Origin: Pecten maximus
Lineage: Eukaryota
Assembly: GCF_902652985.1 (NCBI RefSeq)
Contig: NW_022979468.1
Span: 1 to 64,000, forward strand
Length of the DNA: 64,000 bases
Direction of reading: 5' to 3'
Part shown: piece after piece, positions 1-14,396 of the stretch
Position numbering within the stretch: position 1 is the first letter of the stretch
How the letters are laid out: the number at the start of each line of letters is the position of its first letter
The notes under the pieces: model-generated
Database searches by the model: none
What the model was told of the DNA's origin: nothing
What the model saw: only the letters and a program-made list of their open reading frames with translations
Program-made: the position numbers and the translations under genes

Positions 1-2526
1 TACTAGATAATTAAGATTCTGTAAATGATGAAGTAGGACATTGTCACATTATTTCTGAAGGGTCTGTTTTGATATCAAAAGTTTTAAAGAAAATTACTAA
101 AAACTTCAATTTACGAACCCCAAAATATATTGACAAGAATGATCAAGACGTCATGGAGATCATAATCTTTATTTAGCAAGTAACTGATCCCGCAGGGTTC
201 TTGTGGGAATTTTAATGGGGCACAAATTTGCAGCTTTAGTAATATTCTTCCGAAAGAACACTTGTCTGATTTTAATTTAACATAGAAGCAATGATCCTTG
301 GTAAGTGGGAGCAGAGTTCATAATCCGCCCGGGGGATTCGGTGGGGCCTCAAAGTGGTGGTTACATGGGACTTTTTCAACTTCCATCTACTTCTTAACTT
401 CTTGGACATGATACAATACCTAGTTGATCTTAAAGTATCTTACTGTAAATTATTAGCCTTATCACTGATTTGCCACAGAATGGCCCAAATTGTCACCCCT
501 CCTTACAATCAATAGATAAGAAATTAACAGCCAAAATTTATATTTAACACGGCAGATATTTTAGTTTTGGTTGATTGTGTTCATACCAAACTTTAAAATT
601 CAAAAGAACTTTAAATCACATTAAATGAGTACCACTTGTCAGACAGGGCATTTATTTCTAGGTCTCTCTCTCCCATGATCATTACACGAAAGACGATTAT
701 GTCCTTTTCATTTAGTTGGTAGTCATTGTCAATGGAAATTCCCTATTGATTTCAAAACCGATTCAATTTGAAGTCATGTTAACTTTATTATCTGGCAAAC
801 GTGTTGGATGGCTTTAGATATTTTGCTAAATTCAGAACGTCAATGAAAATTTTATATGAATTTTTGAGTAAATTGGGAAAATTTTGAAATTCACTAACGG
901 AGATTATCATCTACATATCGAATACTATACCATTACAACAGACGGGAATAATACATTGATATAGACTGTACAAAAGACATACAGGCTATATCATCTATAT
1001 GATATTTATTATCAAATATATTATTAAATTAAGGTGAAGTGACATCGATTAAGACCAGCATGCTACACCACTAGTTTCACTATGAATTTTGGTAATAAGA
1101 TGTTATATTTTGTTAACATTGTTATCGAGCACTAGCACGCATAATGAGCCCTAATATTAGAAGGCTATATCTGATATCCACTTCATGCCAAAGTTTTACA
1201 AATCTGCTGATAACATCACAAAGCTCATTGTGTAGGTATAGACATTTAATATGAATACAACAAACGGCATGCATGGTATATTTCAAATAAGTTAGGAAGA
1301 ACGAACCTATATATGTATATATATAGAGAGCCTTTTATATTCCTTACCGTAGATCTGTCTGGTACAGTGTCAGTTTCCGATAAAAAAAAAGAATTAGAAA
1401 TTATATCACCTCTTCGTCACTGATACGAGACCTACCCCTCCGAACCTCATCTGTTTCATCGGATGCGTTCATAAAGGGAAGATTTGATTCTATTGCCACC
1501 TTAGCCAAGTCCCGGCGTCGATGTACGTTATAATCATTCATTTCCCTTTCGCTCAAAAAATTTGTTCAGTTTGGATTTTAGCATGAAATCTATCCTAAAT
1601 GAATATTTTTTAAATATCTATTAGCACACTTGGTCAAAAGGAGCTACGATCGAAAATGGGAATTATGCGAAGGTAACATATAGATGTATTACCATTGTAA
1701 TGATATCATTATTGGATCTTGTTAGAACAAATTTCAGCCTAGTTTGATAAAAATATGGAAGTAGCCATATCTTTATAGTTTCCAGAAATGTAAAAAAAAG
1801 TTCATTCAATACATATACCTATATGCCTATAAATTAAATAAATTGAATTAAACTAAATATTTCATTTTACTTCGGATTAGTTTGTTAGTGATAAAAAAGA
1901 GAGCATATATGTGTATTTATACGTGTTTGTTCTTTCATTTCATTAGTCACGCTTTACACGAAATGATCCAATTAGCTAACACTACCATTTGTAATGGCCC
2001 TTAGATTTAGCTAGTGATGTACTGTACAATTAAACGTGTAGAGAAACTGGGCAATATTATTATTTTGGTTGTTCAACCGGATGTTGTCGTACGCATGCGT
2101 TATTTCAGTCTCAGCAACGTAAGATAGAAGAGGCTTATCGTGTTATAACACACCAAGACCAATTTTTTTTTTTTTTTGTATTTTTGCATAAAATCTATGT
2201 TAAATGACTTTTAAAATGTTGATTGCGTCAAGTCGCTTTTGTCTCTGTTTACTTTAGCAAATATCCGTCCCACTCCGTCCTAACGCTACGTCTACCGAAA
2301 CCTGCGTATAAAAAGAACTGTCCTTTGCTTCCATTGATATCAAATTATTTCAATCTCACAAAAAAAAAATATTTTTCTGAAAATTGAGTGCATGACAATA
2401 AATCCAAGCATTTTTGGAAAATAACTGCTGTCCTTACAATCAAACATATAATTATACTAAACTACCTGATAAATTAAATATAATATTTCATATAGAAATG
2501 GAAACGGATTGTATTTAGACTGGTCA

Positions 2527-2675
2527 GGCTGCACAGTGGTAGCACATGCGTCCACTTGTATTTCACCTAGGGGCCAGGGTTCCATTCCCCGATATGAAGA
2601 TTAAAGGTATGGGGTCAGTTACCGGATCATGTGGGTTTCCTCAAGGTATTCTGGTTTCCTCCAACAGTATGACCG
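2527..2675 (+). mobile_element. tRNA-derived SINE with V-domain-like core, copy in unit 1
   Basis: A-box-like GCACAGTGGTAGCA and B-box-like GGTTCCATTCCC, followed by GTGGGTTTCCTCAAGGTATTCTGGTTTCCTCCAACA, which matches the V-SINE core GGGTTTCCTCCGGGTACTCCGGTTTCCTCCCAC. Confidence 0.75.
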
Positions 2676-5600
2676 GTAAAACTTGTTCCGTAATTGTTAT
2701 GTGATAAATAAAGTTCTTATTTATTGTTAACGGGCACATAAATGCTACAACTTTTTCGTCAGAAGCGACGTTGTACATACCTGTACAATCAGCATATTAT
2801 AATCTTTATATTTATATGTTGTCATCATATTGTATCATGGGTAAAAAGCAATTTTACATTTTTCTAGTCATTTCTCTCTGGAAACTAGACAATAACAATT
2901 GTTAGAAATTCTACATTATCGTTTCGTATTTGTTAGATAAAAAGCACACAGCCAGGCGTTAAAATGTAAATATGTATTTAATAATACATCAATTGTTCTT
3001 TGTCGTTAGGGTAAAAAATCTATATTCACGTCATGCAATATGTATTAATTAGACAGAACCATTGTCTGTGTCCGAGACGCACAAAAATGCTTAAGAATGG
3101 TTCACAAGACGAGAACACTTACGGTGATATAAAAAAGCGAGGAAACTTTCGTGTTTAAAGAAAGGTTGGATTATAAGTGATTTTTTTTTGTTTTCATTGC
3201 AGCATCCCAGCTCATTTTGTAGATTTTGATATCAAACATACCGATAACAGTGATATCGGATGAAGCTTTTATTTCACGTATTTGTTCACAAAAGCTGACA
3301 GTGCATTGCAGGTCTGTAGTCCCAACAAGTCCTATTGTTACATATATACTTACCAATACAATCAGTAACTGGAATGTTGGATCTGTGTTAGTTGTCGTCA
3401 TAACTTCGTCGATTAATTACTAGCATTCGAGAGGAACCAAAACAGCTCAAATCAATTTTATAGTGCTAGCACAATCCAAACGCTGAAGGTATGTATTAAA
3501 CTTGCCTACAAAAATAACAAAAACAGAGTAGAGTGTTATATTATTGATCAAATACAAATGCATGTCCCTGTATTATTAATCTACCGTTAATGATGTGTGA
3601 CAAGTATAGCAATTTTATAATTCGAGAAACAAAGCTGATCCGGTACTTATAAAAGTATACAAGATATTTGATGTTATATCTTATATGCTGCCCCCTAGGA
3701 GATATATTATATATCATATAAGATATACTTTCAGATGAGGTATCTGATCGAGTCTATGATATACCTGATTGTGAAAGTTGGAAGATATGTCTTTTATATA
3801 ACTTTTGATATATATCTGTGCGAGATATCTGATATAACATATCGCACAATACAAATTAAATATGTCATATATTGTATTTATAAGATGTTTTAAAACGAAC
3901 GACATGTAATTTTGAGGTAGAAAACCCTCCCCGCAATACTCGGAACTCGTCTCTTCAATTCTTCCATCTACTATTAAACCTTTAGAAAGAACGCGTTAGA
4001 ATGAATTTTTTATTGTTAGTGTCGCGAAAATTTTAAAGAGATCTGATAAAATTTCGGTTCTTGGGTAGGAAGGTTTAAAAAAGTGTTATGATTTTTGAAG
4101 ACATGTGAAGTGGACACTAGGGTCATAAATTTTGCTACCAGTTCGATGTTTTTATTTTCAATTCCTATTTTGAATATGAAATATTAGGAAAACAGAAAGG
4201 ATGCTATGATTCAACAATTATCAAAAAACAAAACTTTAATTTCGCGGATTACGGATTATGAAATAACGATAGTTTATTGATGATGTGCGAATCCTCAAAA
4301 TGCAATATTTTTGCAATATTATATTTCTTAAGAAATGTGTTAAACTGAGAGCATATTTCCACGGAATAACAAATTGTTCAGATTGGATAATTCATATAGT
4401 ATACTGTTATAGTACATTTTTAAAATTAAGGTTTATACCTATGCATTCATGGAATATCTGTAAAATCTATCCCGAACGAAATACAAAATTTCATATATGA
4501 ATTATTGATATTTACCTGTAACTGATTCTGTCGAGGTTTTCAACGGTAATGAGAAGCAAATTCAATGAAATGGATATTAACAACTCTAGCACCTCTTTCT
4601 TAGTGTTGTCATGTGACATACTCTTCAGAACCTCCTCTGTATTATCGAATGTTTTATAACTGGAAGATTTCACATTATATTAACTTCCTAGACAATTATC
4701 TGAACTGATGTACGTTATAATCATTAATTCAAGACCATTTTCTCAAAAAATGTTTTCAATTGTGATTTTTGAATGAAATCTATGTTTAATGAGATTCTTT
4801 AATGCATTTATCGCGTCACGTCGGTCTTGTCTCTGTTTGCATAAACAACTAGTCCCACCTTCGAAACACGATGTCTAAACGAGCCTTCAAAGATAAAAGA
4901 GTTACAATATTTGTCATAGCCATGTGATGGTTGTATGTGTATATTTTGTGTGATGAGATGTTTATCGTATCATATTTGGAGGAAAAAAAAATTTATTTAT
5001 TTATTCATTCTTTATGGAAGGTGACACAAATCACACAATCAGTGCATGCGACAATATATATATTTGTATTTTGTGATATTACTGTGATATATATTATATA
5101 TATATCTACAGCACATACACGTTACTTTATCGAAGGGTCACATTGCATTTGTTGGACAGACGGTGGTGTTTTTTTAATAAATCTAAATAATCTTAAAAAA
5201 CAACTATAGAGCGTTGTACCGAAGAACTCACGCTCAGAATTTCAGAAAACAAAATGAAACCCTTGTTTTCATGGTTTTTATTATTATTGTTATTATTTCT
5301 TAAGGAGAAGTAGCGAGGATACTGAGAGTAGCCAACACAATATTTCAATAACATTGTTCAATCCATCACACCCTAATGTATTCTGTAACGTTAATACGTT
5401 ACCTATATTAAGCCTTATAGATTGCTTGATTACAGAAATTACATAAAAGACAGTGATATTCCATGTGTTAGATAAAAAGCCCACAGCCAGTCATTGAATT
5501 GTAAAGATGTATGTAACAATACATCAATTGTTCTTTGTCATTGGGGTTTTAAAATCTATATTGAAGTCATGTAATATATATTAATTAGACAGAACCCATT

Positions 5601-6602
5601 GTATATTCCAGAGTTGTGCAAAAATGCACAGGAATTGTTCATTTAAAAGTGACGTATACAGTTATATAAAACGACAAAGGAAGTTTTTTACTTTAAATAA
5701 GGTTCAATTTAATTGATATTTGTGTTTTCATTGTAACACCCAGCTTATTTAGTGGATTTGAATATTATACTCAACAATAACGGTAATATCGGATAGAGAT
5801 TTTATTTTACGTATCTGTTTTAAAACAATGCTGGCAGTGCATTGCAGGTCTGTAGTCCCAACAAGTCCTATTGTTACATAAATACTGACCAATCAACAGT
5901 AAGTCCAATTGTTACATACATACTTACAAATAAAGTCAGTAACTGGAATGTTAGATCTGTGTTAGTTGTCGTCATAACTTCGTCGATTACTTACTGGTAT
6001 TCGAGAGGAACCAAACAACTCACAGAAATTGTATAGTGCTAGAACAATCCGAACACTGAAGGTAAGTAAGAAACTTGCTTACAAAATATAACAAAAAACA
6101 GAGTAGAACCTTATATTATTGATCATATACAAATGCATGTCACTGTATTATTAATCTACCGTTAATGATGTGTGACAAGTATAGCAATTTTATTATTCTA
6201 GAAACAAAGCTGATCCGGTTCTTAATCAAAGTATGCAAGATATTTGAGGTATTATCTTATATTTTGCTTCATATTAGATATATCATATATCATATAAGAT
6301 GTATTTTCAAATGAGATATCGAGTCTATGATATACATGATCAAAACAATTTGGAAGATATGTCTTTTTTATTACTTAAACATATCTCATAATACAAATAA
6401 AATGTGACATATCATATATTGTATTTATATGATGTCTTAAAACGAACGAGATGTGATTTTTTTATATAAGAAGCCATCCCCGCTGTATTAGGAATCGTCT
6501 CTTCCATTCTTCCATCTACTATTATACATTTTAAGTGTCCCGGAAATTTTGAAGAGATCTGATCAAATTAGAGTTCTTGAGAAGGATGGTTTAAAAAAAA
6601 TG

Positions 6603-9600
6603 TTCACGGAATAACAAATTGTTATGAAGGGATAATTCATATTGTGCATTGTTATTGTAAATCTTTTATGCCTATGCTTTCATGGAATGTCTGTAAAATA
6701 TGTCCCACTCTGAAACTTTGTCAAGTTGGGTTTTTTGTTTGGTAGATTTTTCCAGGCGGCAGAAATTGCTGTTATCATGACGTTGAATTTTGAATGTTGG
6801 AACATAACGTATTCATCTATTTCCCCTAGAAATTGTGATCTGGTGTTTTGATAGATTCTCGGAATTATGTTTTTTCGGGGTTGTTTTCACCAGATAATTA
6901 CTGTGATATGATAAAGACATCTTGGACTCGTGGTTCCCAAATGCAGTAGAGGGATTATAATTTCATAAGTTGTCGTAAACAATATCCCTGATTTTTTCAT
7001 GTTGAAAAAACTATAGAGAAAATTTGAGGTTTTCGTGTAATTGCTATAAGTCTGTAGTGTGCACGTATAGTGAAAAATGAAATGCTAAATTATATTTCTG
7101 GTTAAAAATAATTTAATCTTCTTATTGCTTATACAACAATGCTGGGATTCCCCTGTCATGCTGACTTTGAAGGAACATAATTACTAAGTGTCATTTTGTA
7201 GCCGTAAAAAATCACATTTATTTCATTTGACAATATGCAAATTCAGCGCTCCAGTTGTCATTCCACCTTTTTATGTTGATTGAAAAAGTATGTCCATCTT
7301 ATTTTGCTTATATATTAATGAATATAAAACGACATCAAAAAAATTCATTCTCCTATTGTGAGCCGGTAAAGATTATCAAGTCGTAGATAGATTAGCTATA
7401 TCTATATGATCAACAATCATTTTTAACTATCCTTGATCTAAATCCGTGTTGTACATGCACATTGTATGTGCCGGATAGCTCCTCAGTTCGCTCACAAGGC
7501 GACACACACACACACATGGCGCAGTCGTTCAACTTATCTGTACTGTACGGCAGATACAGTGCGACGCATACCTGGAGTGGTAGGGATACCAAGAATTCTA
7601 TAAATAACAGACACCTCATTTTCGGAGAATCAGAAAACTTGTCTCATCACCTTCAATACGCGACGTCTAAACGAATTTTCAAAGATACAAGAGTAAAAAT
7701 CTCGGGACCTACGTATTAAACGAACAACTTACAGTTGATTCCCTTAATATCAAATTATAAGAAAATCACATATATATGTCATGTGACACGTGATGCCTTT
7801 ATTTGTATATCTGTGTGATGAGATGTTTATCGTATCATTTTTTGAGGAAATAAGGATTTATCTATTAATTCTTCAAGGAAGGCGACACATATTACACATC
7901 CAGTACATGCGACAATATATATGTTATGATGTTACTTTGACATATATCATATAAATATCTCCAGTGCGTACACCTCACATTGCTTTTGTTGGACAGACGG
8001 TGGTGTTTTTTAAGTAACTCAAAATAATTTAAAAAGCAATTAGAGAGCGTTGTACCGAAGGACTCATGTTAAAAAGTTCAGAAAACAAAATCAAACCCAC
8101 TTTTTTATTTCTTTAGCAGAAGTAGCGAGGATACTGAGAGTAACTTACATACTATTTCAATAACATTAAGCCTTATTCATTGCTTGATTACAGAAATTAT
8201 ATAAAAGACTGTGAGATTCCATGTGTAAGATAAAAAGCCCACAGCCAGTCGTTGAAATGTAAATATGTATGTAACAACACATCAATTGCTCTTTGTCATT
8301 GAGGGTTCAAAATCTATATTCAAGTCTTGTAATATATATTAATTAGACAGAACCCATTGTATGTTCCTGAGTTGTGCAAAAATGCATAGGAATTGTTCAT
8401 TTAAAAGTGACGTATACATTTATATAAAACGACAAAGAAAGTTTTTTTTTGCTTTAACTAAGGTTCAATTTAAGTGATATTTGTGTTTTCATTGTTACAC
8501 CAAGCTTATTTAGTTGATTTAAATATCAAACACATCGATAACGGTAATATCGGATAGAGCTTTTATTTTACGTATTTGTTCTCAAAAGGCATTGCAGGTC
8601 TGTAGTCAGAACAAGTCCTATTGTTACATAAATACAAACAATAAAGTCAGTAACTGGAATGTTGGATCTGTTTGAGATTTAATCTTATTTCATAACTTCG
8701 TCGATGAAACACTGGTTATCCAGACGAACCAAGATAACAGTAAGTTTATAGTGCTAACATAATTCGAAAGATGAAATTTTACTACAAAAAGTAACAAAAA
8801 CATGGATGTCACTGTATTTTCAATCTTCCGTTAAATGTCTGTTATTTATGTGGATCAAGTATAGCCATTTTGAAGCTTTGGCAAGCCTAGTTGTCATTTA
8901 TTCAAGACGCAATGCTGATCAGGTACTGAAACAAGTATATGTTTCTCTTTATTAATTAACTTATATATCATATGATATGATATATCTTTTAAAATCAATC
9001 ATCCATAGTTAGATGTTTTTATTTTCAAGTCCTATCTTGATGTCACAAATGAATGTTTACAAAGGGAAGCTTGGAATAAAAAAATATAAACACAAAACAA
9101 TTATTGATATCACGGATTAAGAATTATGAATTAACATTAGACACACAAATATTCAACTAAATGACGCTGTACTCACGTGAAATTATTAATGGATACGGTA
9201 TTTGCTGAATTAAAAGGATCATGTATAGTTGTGTCGTCTTACTTGTGCCTTGTGTGTTAATCCAGAAAAGAAATCTTGTTCCTGTCACTTTAAAATTACA
9301 TTTATTAGTGGATGAAAGTCTGCAAAATTCAAATCTGACGCGTAATGATAGAAGACTACTAATGTTAAGAATGTCAGATTGTATTCACACGCCGGCAAAA
9401 GTACTTCGCTGGTCAGAACAGGAACATCAATAGTCTTCATTGCAAAATGAAGTTATCGGTGTTTATCAGTTTAATTGAGTCGGCTCGAAATGAAAATGTA
9501 AATGTCTCTTAAGATCAGCTGCTTATTGTATTATGTACAATAATATCCGATTTTGTGTGGGATCATGGAAAATTTATGGGTTAAATAGGGAGGGTGTAAA

Positions 9601-12600
9601 ATTAACATTATTTGTTGAAGTTCTTACAAAGTCAGTATTGTAGTATAATTATAATGTTTGAACTTCATATTAAATTAATAGTAAATTATAATAATTCTGT
9701 TAAAAAACAATAAATAAATGATGAAGTAGGTCAAAAGTCACATTATTTCTGAAGGGTCTGTTTTGATATCAAAAGTTTAAAAGAAAATTACTAAAATTTT
9801 CAATTTATGAACCCAAAAATATATTGACAAGAATGATCACGACGTCATGGATATCATAATCTATATTCAGCAAGTTACTGATACCGCAGGGTTCTTGTGG
9901 GAATTTTGATGGGGCACAAAAGTGGATTTGCAGCTTTAATAATATTCTCCCAAATAAACACTTTTCTGATTTTAATCTAACATAGAAGCAATGATCCCTG
10001 GTAAGTGGGGAGCAGAGTTCATAATCCGCCCGGGGGATTCGGTTGGGCCTCAAAGTGGTGGTTACATGGGGACATGTTCAACGTCCACCAACTTCTTAAC
10101 TTCTTGAACATAATACAATACCCAGTTGATCTTAAAGTATCTTCCTTCAAATTATTAGCCTTATCCCTAATTTGCCACAGAACGGCCCAAACTGTCATCC
10201 CTCCTTACAATCAATAGATAAGAAATTAACAACCAAAATGTATATCTCACACGGCAGATATTGTAGTTTTGGTTGATGTGTTCATACCAAATCTTAAAAT
10301 TCAAAAGAACTTTAAGAGTGGATGTCAGCAAGCATCGAGCATTAGGTGGAAAGTGAAAAAAATAGATTTTAGAAAAAGTGACTTTAAATGTTAAAGTATG
10401 TTATAATTAGTGGATAAGAATAACAAAAATGGAATTTCAATTATGTCTGTGGTTCCGTATCCAAGCAATATGACTTCCTTAGTTACGGGCTCAAATAAGA
10501 CATCGACTACATCAAATCTTTAGAATTTAGAGTATCTCTGAATCCTGAATAACAGTGAGATTAAAGTATTTACTGCCAAAATTTGATAATGGTGATCCTC
10601 CTAAATAATTTAATTAAAACAAATATAATTGGCAATATTTACATACTGTTGCTATGGTAACCTGAATACAGCAAGCAATTCTAACTGAAAAAAATATCAA
10701 AATACGACAAAGTTTGGTTGACCTTAGTTGGAATCTACAACCATATATGGAGTATTGCATATTATTTTCTTTTCATTAGATGTCTATAGGGTAAGTTTAA
10801 AAAGTAAAATTGGCTGGCAACTTAGAGGCGCTTTGTGTATAATGATTCAAATTCTCCCATTTTTCCCCGATTTCTGACATGTTTCCACTCAGTTTTTCTC
10901 ACAAAAAATGTATATAGATATAAATTGAACTTTTTAACCACATTTTAATTCATCTCCTTAAAAAGAAGTTATGAATGGACATTTTCAATGATACAATTAT
11001 TATGATTAAAAAAAATGATTAATATGCATTTTGGTTACCATGGCAACCACTTATTTAATTAGAGAAAATGCACTTAGGGTTCTTTTTTGTAATAATTTTG
11101 AATCAAAGAAATGAATTCCTTTTTCATTGATTCAATGCTGAACACTTCACAAATTTTTACTTTGACACATGTTGATATGGTTACCAAAAATATTGAAGTT
11201 GTCAGATATTAACAAAAAATAGTAACACTTAGCATAGAAGAAAAAGAAAGAACACAAAGCTGAAATCAAAAGTGTCATAATGAGAGTTGCTGTAGATTTT
11301 TGTTCCTAATGACTGTAACTTAACTAAATTGAGATGTAAGGCGGATTTCTTCTACAGACTTTTTAATGTTGACAAATTAGGCCTATTGGGGTATTAAAGA
11401 GTTAAATCACCTTTGTGACAATTGTATAAGAGTTATCCCCCTTTTTTAACAACTTCTCAGTGGATTTCTGGCCATGCATACTCCGGTGCTCCATCCCTTC
11501 CCAGAAACAGTTAAAGGTTTTGACAAAGTATACCTATATAGCATGACTTTCAGCTTCAAAATATGTTGTCCTTGCCTTTATGACGTAATGAGCTATATAC
11601 CACACATGACCTACATGTATTTTAATCGCCCTTTGTCTGTCCTTGTCTGTCTTCCAACCGTAAACAAGCTACATTTTCCACTTCTCCAAAACTCCCAAAC
11701 CAAATTCAATGAAATATGGCAGGAAGCTTTCATGATCAAAGGTCAACCAAAATTTTGAATAATATCCAGAAAATCCAAGACTCTACCTCCCAAGTCCATA
11801 TTTATGTATGATAGTATCCAAATTGTATGTCTATCATGCTACATATACACCTGTGGGTGTACATTCAAACAAAGAGGAATTAAAATATCTGTACACATCC
11901 CTTGCTCTGAGTGAATTTGGTTCCTGCAGTCTATATAACCCTCTTGGTTGTGAAAATTAACAGTTTGGGTAAATCTGTTTTATCACTTTGCAGTCAAATT
12001 CAACCATATTCAATATTTGTTCCATGTACCTCTTCTTACACACCAATGATTAGCAGATGTCAGCCATTTCTGACACATTTTGTTTATAATAACTCTTTTT
12101 CTGTAGACAAGGTAATATATTGCAGATAATCCTACTATTCAAATTAACATATGTCAAAACAATTTTAATTCTGTTACTGGGATGAATATGTTAGATTTTG
12201 AAATAGCTATCCGAAAAAATGCGCAGGTTATTTTGGCCCTAATTTGTGATTTTTTTTTTTTATAGTTTTTTTTTTAATGTGGTTACCATGGTTTTCACAG
12301 GTCTGAAAAACAACAGAGAGGAATAAGTTTACTAATTTTTAACAACTGTATTATAATTGAAAATATTGTACAGATTACAATACTTTTGTATAGTTAATAT
12401 TACAGGAATTTCCGGTTGTTACATATATTTAAAACACATGTGCCTTATTTTTTTTAAAATTAGGAACTTTTACTGATTACTGCTGGGTAGCAATCTCCTC
12501 ACAATTTCACTGTACTTCTAGTATACCATCGAAGGGAAATTCCATACAAACATTATTTTAACCGATACCCATGTCTAAAACGAAGTTCATGCCTTTTCCA

Positions 12601-13585
12601 TTACCATAACTGTCTAGAATGCTGTGAACTGTGGTAGTGGTATCCATCTTTCCATGTAAACAATGAACTTTTTGTACCTTTCACCAAAGAGTTCCAACAG
12701 GGGAGATAGCTCGTTCCTGTCAATAGCTTAGATTTAATAGTAGTAATACAAAATCCTCTTTTTTACAATCTACAACCTTGATGAAGCTAATGATTATATA
12801 TTATATTTTCTGTACTTAATTGTGCATTATAATCAAAAGAAAAATTGGCTGGCAAATGATTTAGAAAAAAAATAGGGATAATTTTATCACATGATATCCC
12901 TGTCTATATAGGTAGTATATGGGACAATTTCTATTATACAGGCTAAAAGTCTCAATACATGTTATACTTTTCAGTCAAAAATTAGTATATGATATGCACT
13001 AAGTAACCATAAACTTAAAATGTAAAAAAATGTAACACCAGAAATTTATAATAAATTAATTTCTTTAAATATTGTAATATCCCGCTGAGTCTGATTGGGT
13101 TTTTAAAGTCTTGCATGATATTACATTTAGACCAACATATCTAAATTTGAAGCAATTTGATAATTTTGACACTTTCCATATTTTGACAAAAATTGCTCGA
13201 TGCTTGCTGACATCCACTCTTAAATCACATTAAATGAGTACCACTTGTCAGACAGGGCATTTATTTCTGTCTCCCTCTCCCATGATCATTACACGAAAGA
13301 CGATTATGTCCTTTTCATTTAGTTGGTAGTCATTGTCAATGAAAATTCCCTATTGATTTTAAAACCGATTCAAGTTGAATCATGTTAACTTCATTATCTA
13401 GCAAACGTTTTTGATGGCTTTAGATATTTTGCTAAATTCAGAACGTCAATGAAAATTGTATAGGAATTTTTTAGTCAATTGGGAAAAATTTGAAATTCAC
13501 TAGGAGATTATCATCTACATACCAAATACTATACCAAAAAATGAAATGGGCACATTACATTGATATAGACTGTACAAAAGACATA
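6603..13585. repeat. Near-identical ~7-kb block, copy 1 (copy 2 is 18970-25957)
   Basis: Offset ~12369 bp. Track ORFs 9805/22174, 10005/22374, 11474/23843 and 11911/24280 have identical translations, and only scattered substitutions are visible. Confidence 0.95.
10316..13219. mobile_element. Non-autonomous TTAA-specific DNA transposon (Kolobok- or Sola3-like termini), 2904 bp
   Basis: Perfect 26-bp TIRs GAGTGGATGTCAGCAAGCATCGAGCA (10316-10341 and 13194-13219). TTAA TSD at 10312-10315 and 13220-13223. The empty site CAAAAGAACT-TTAA-ATCACATT is at 601-622. No transposase ORF inside. Confidence 0.93.
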
Positions 13586-14248
13586 TGTAAGCAGCCATAT
13601 CTTTGTAGTTTCCAGATATGTAAAAAAAAAAAAACGTTCATTCAATACATATCTATATATGCGTATAAATGAAATAAATTTAGTTTGTAAGTGATAAAAA
13701 AGAGAGCATATATGTGTATGTATACGTGTTTGTTCTTTCATTTCATTAGTCAAACGCTTTACACGAAATTATCCAATTAGCTAACACTACCATTTGTAAT
13801 GGCCCTTAGATTTAGCTAGTGATTTACTGTACAATTAAACGTGTAGAGAAGCTGGGCAAAATTATTATTTTGGTTGTTCAACCGGATGTTGTCTTACGCA
13901 TGCGTTATTTCAGTTTCAGCAACGTAAGATAGAAGAGGCTTATCGTGTTATAACACACCAAAACCAAATCTTTTTTTTTTTTTTTTTTTTGTATTTTTGC
14001 ATAAAATCTATGTTAAATGACTTTAGAAATGTTGATCGCGTCACGTCGCTTTTGTCTCTGTTTACTTTAGCAAATATCCGTCCACTCCGTCCTAACGCTA
14101 CGTCTACCGAAACCTGCGTATAAAAAGAACTTTCCTTTGCTTCCATTGATATCAAATTATTTCAATCTCTCAAAAAAATGTTATTTTTCTGAAAATTAAA
14201 TATAATATTTCATAAAGAAATGGACACGGATTTTATTTAGACTGGTCA

Positions 14249-14396
14249 GGCTGCACAGTGGTAGCATATGCGTCCACTTGTATTTCACCTAGGGGCCAGG
14301 GTTCCATTCCCCAATATGAAGATTAAAGGTATGGGGTCAGTTACCGGATCATGTGGGTTTCCTCCAGGTATTCTGGTTTCCTCCAACAGTATGACC
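14249..14396 (+). mobile_element. V-type SINE, copy in unit 2
   Basis: Same sequence and same flanks as 2527-2675, so it was duplicated with the unit. Confidence 0.75.

Noticed and set aside
3171-3401. ORF resembling a signal peptide plus a class C GPCR start (SDITVIGMFDIK)
   Set aside because: Only a few residues match, no downstream Venus-flytrap motifs follow, and paralogous modules are disrupted in this frame.
3312-3488. Apparent + strand exon repeated in each module (TTGCAG|GTCTG...GAAG|GTATGT)
   Set aside because: The frames I translated hit stops, and the donor is missing from the third subtype. A non-coding exon cannot be excluded.
10316-13219. piggyBac or Teratorn-like virus-transposon fusion
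   Set aside because: The termini are GAG..CTC rather than CCY..RGG, there is no transposase, and the empty site shows the element inserted into the relic cluster rather than bounding it.
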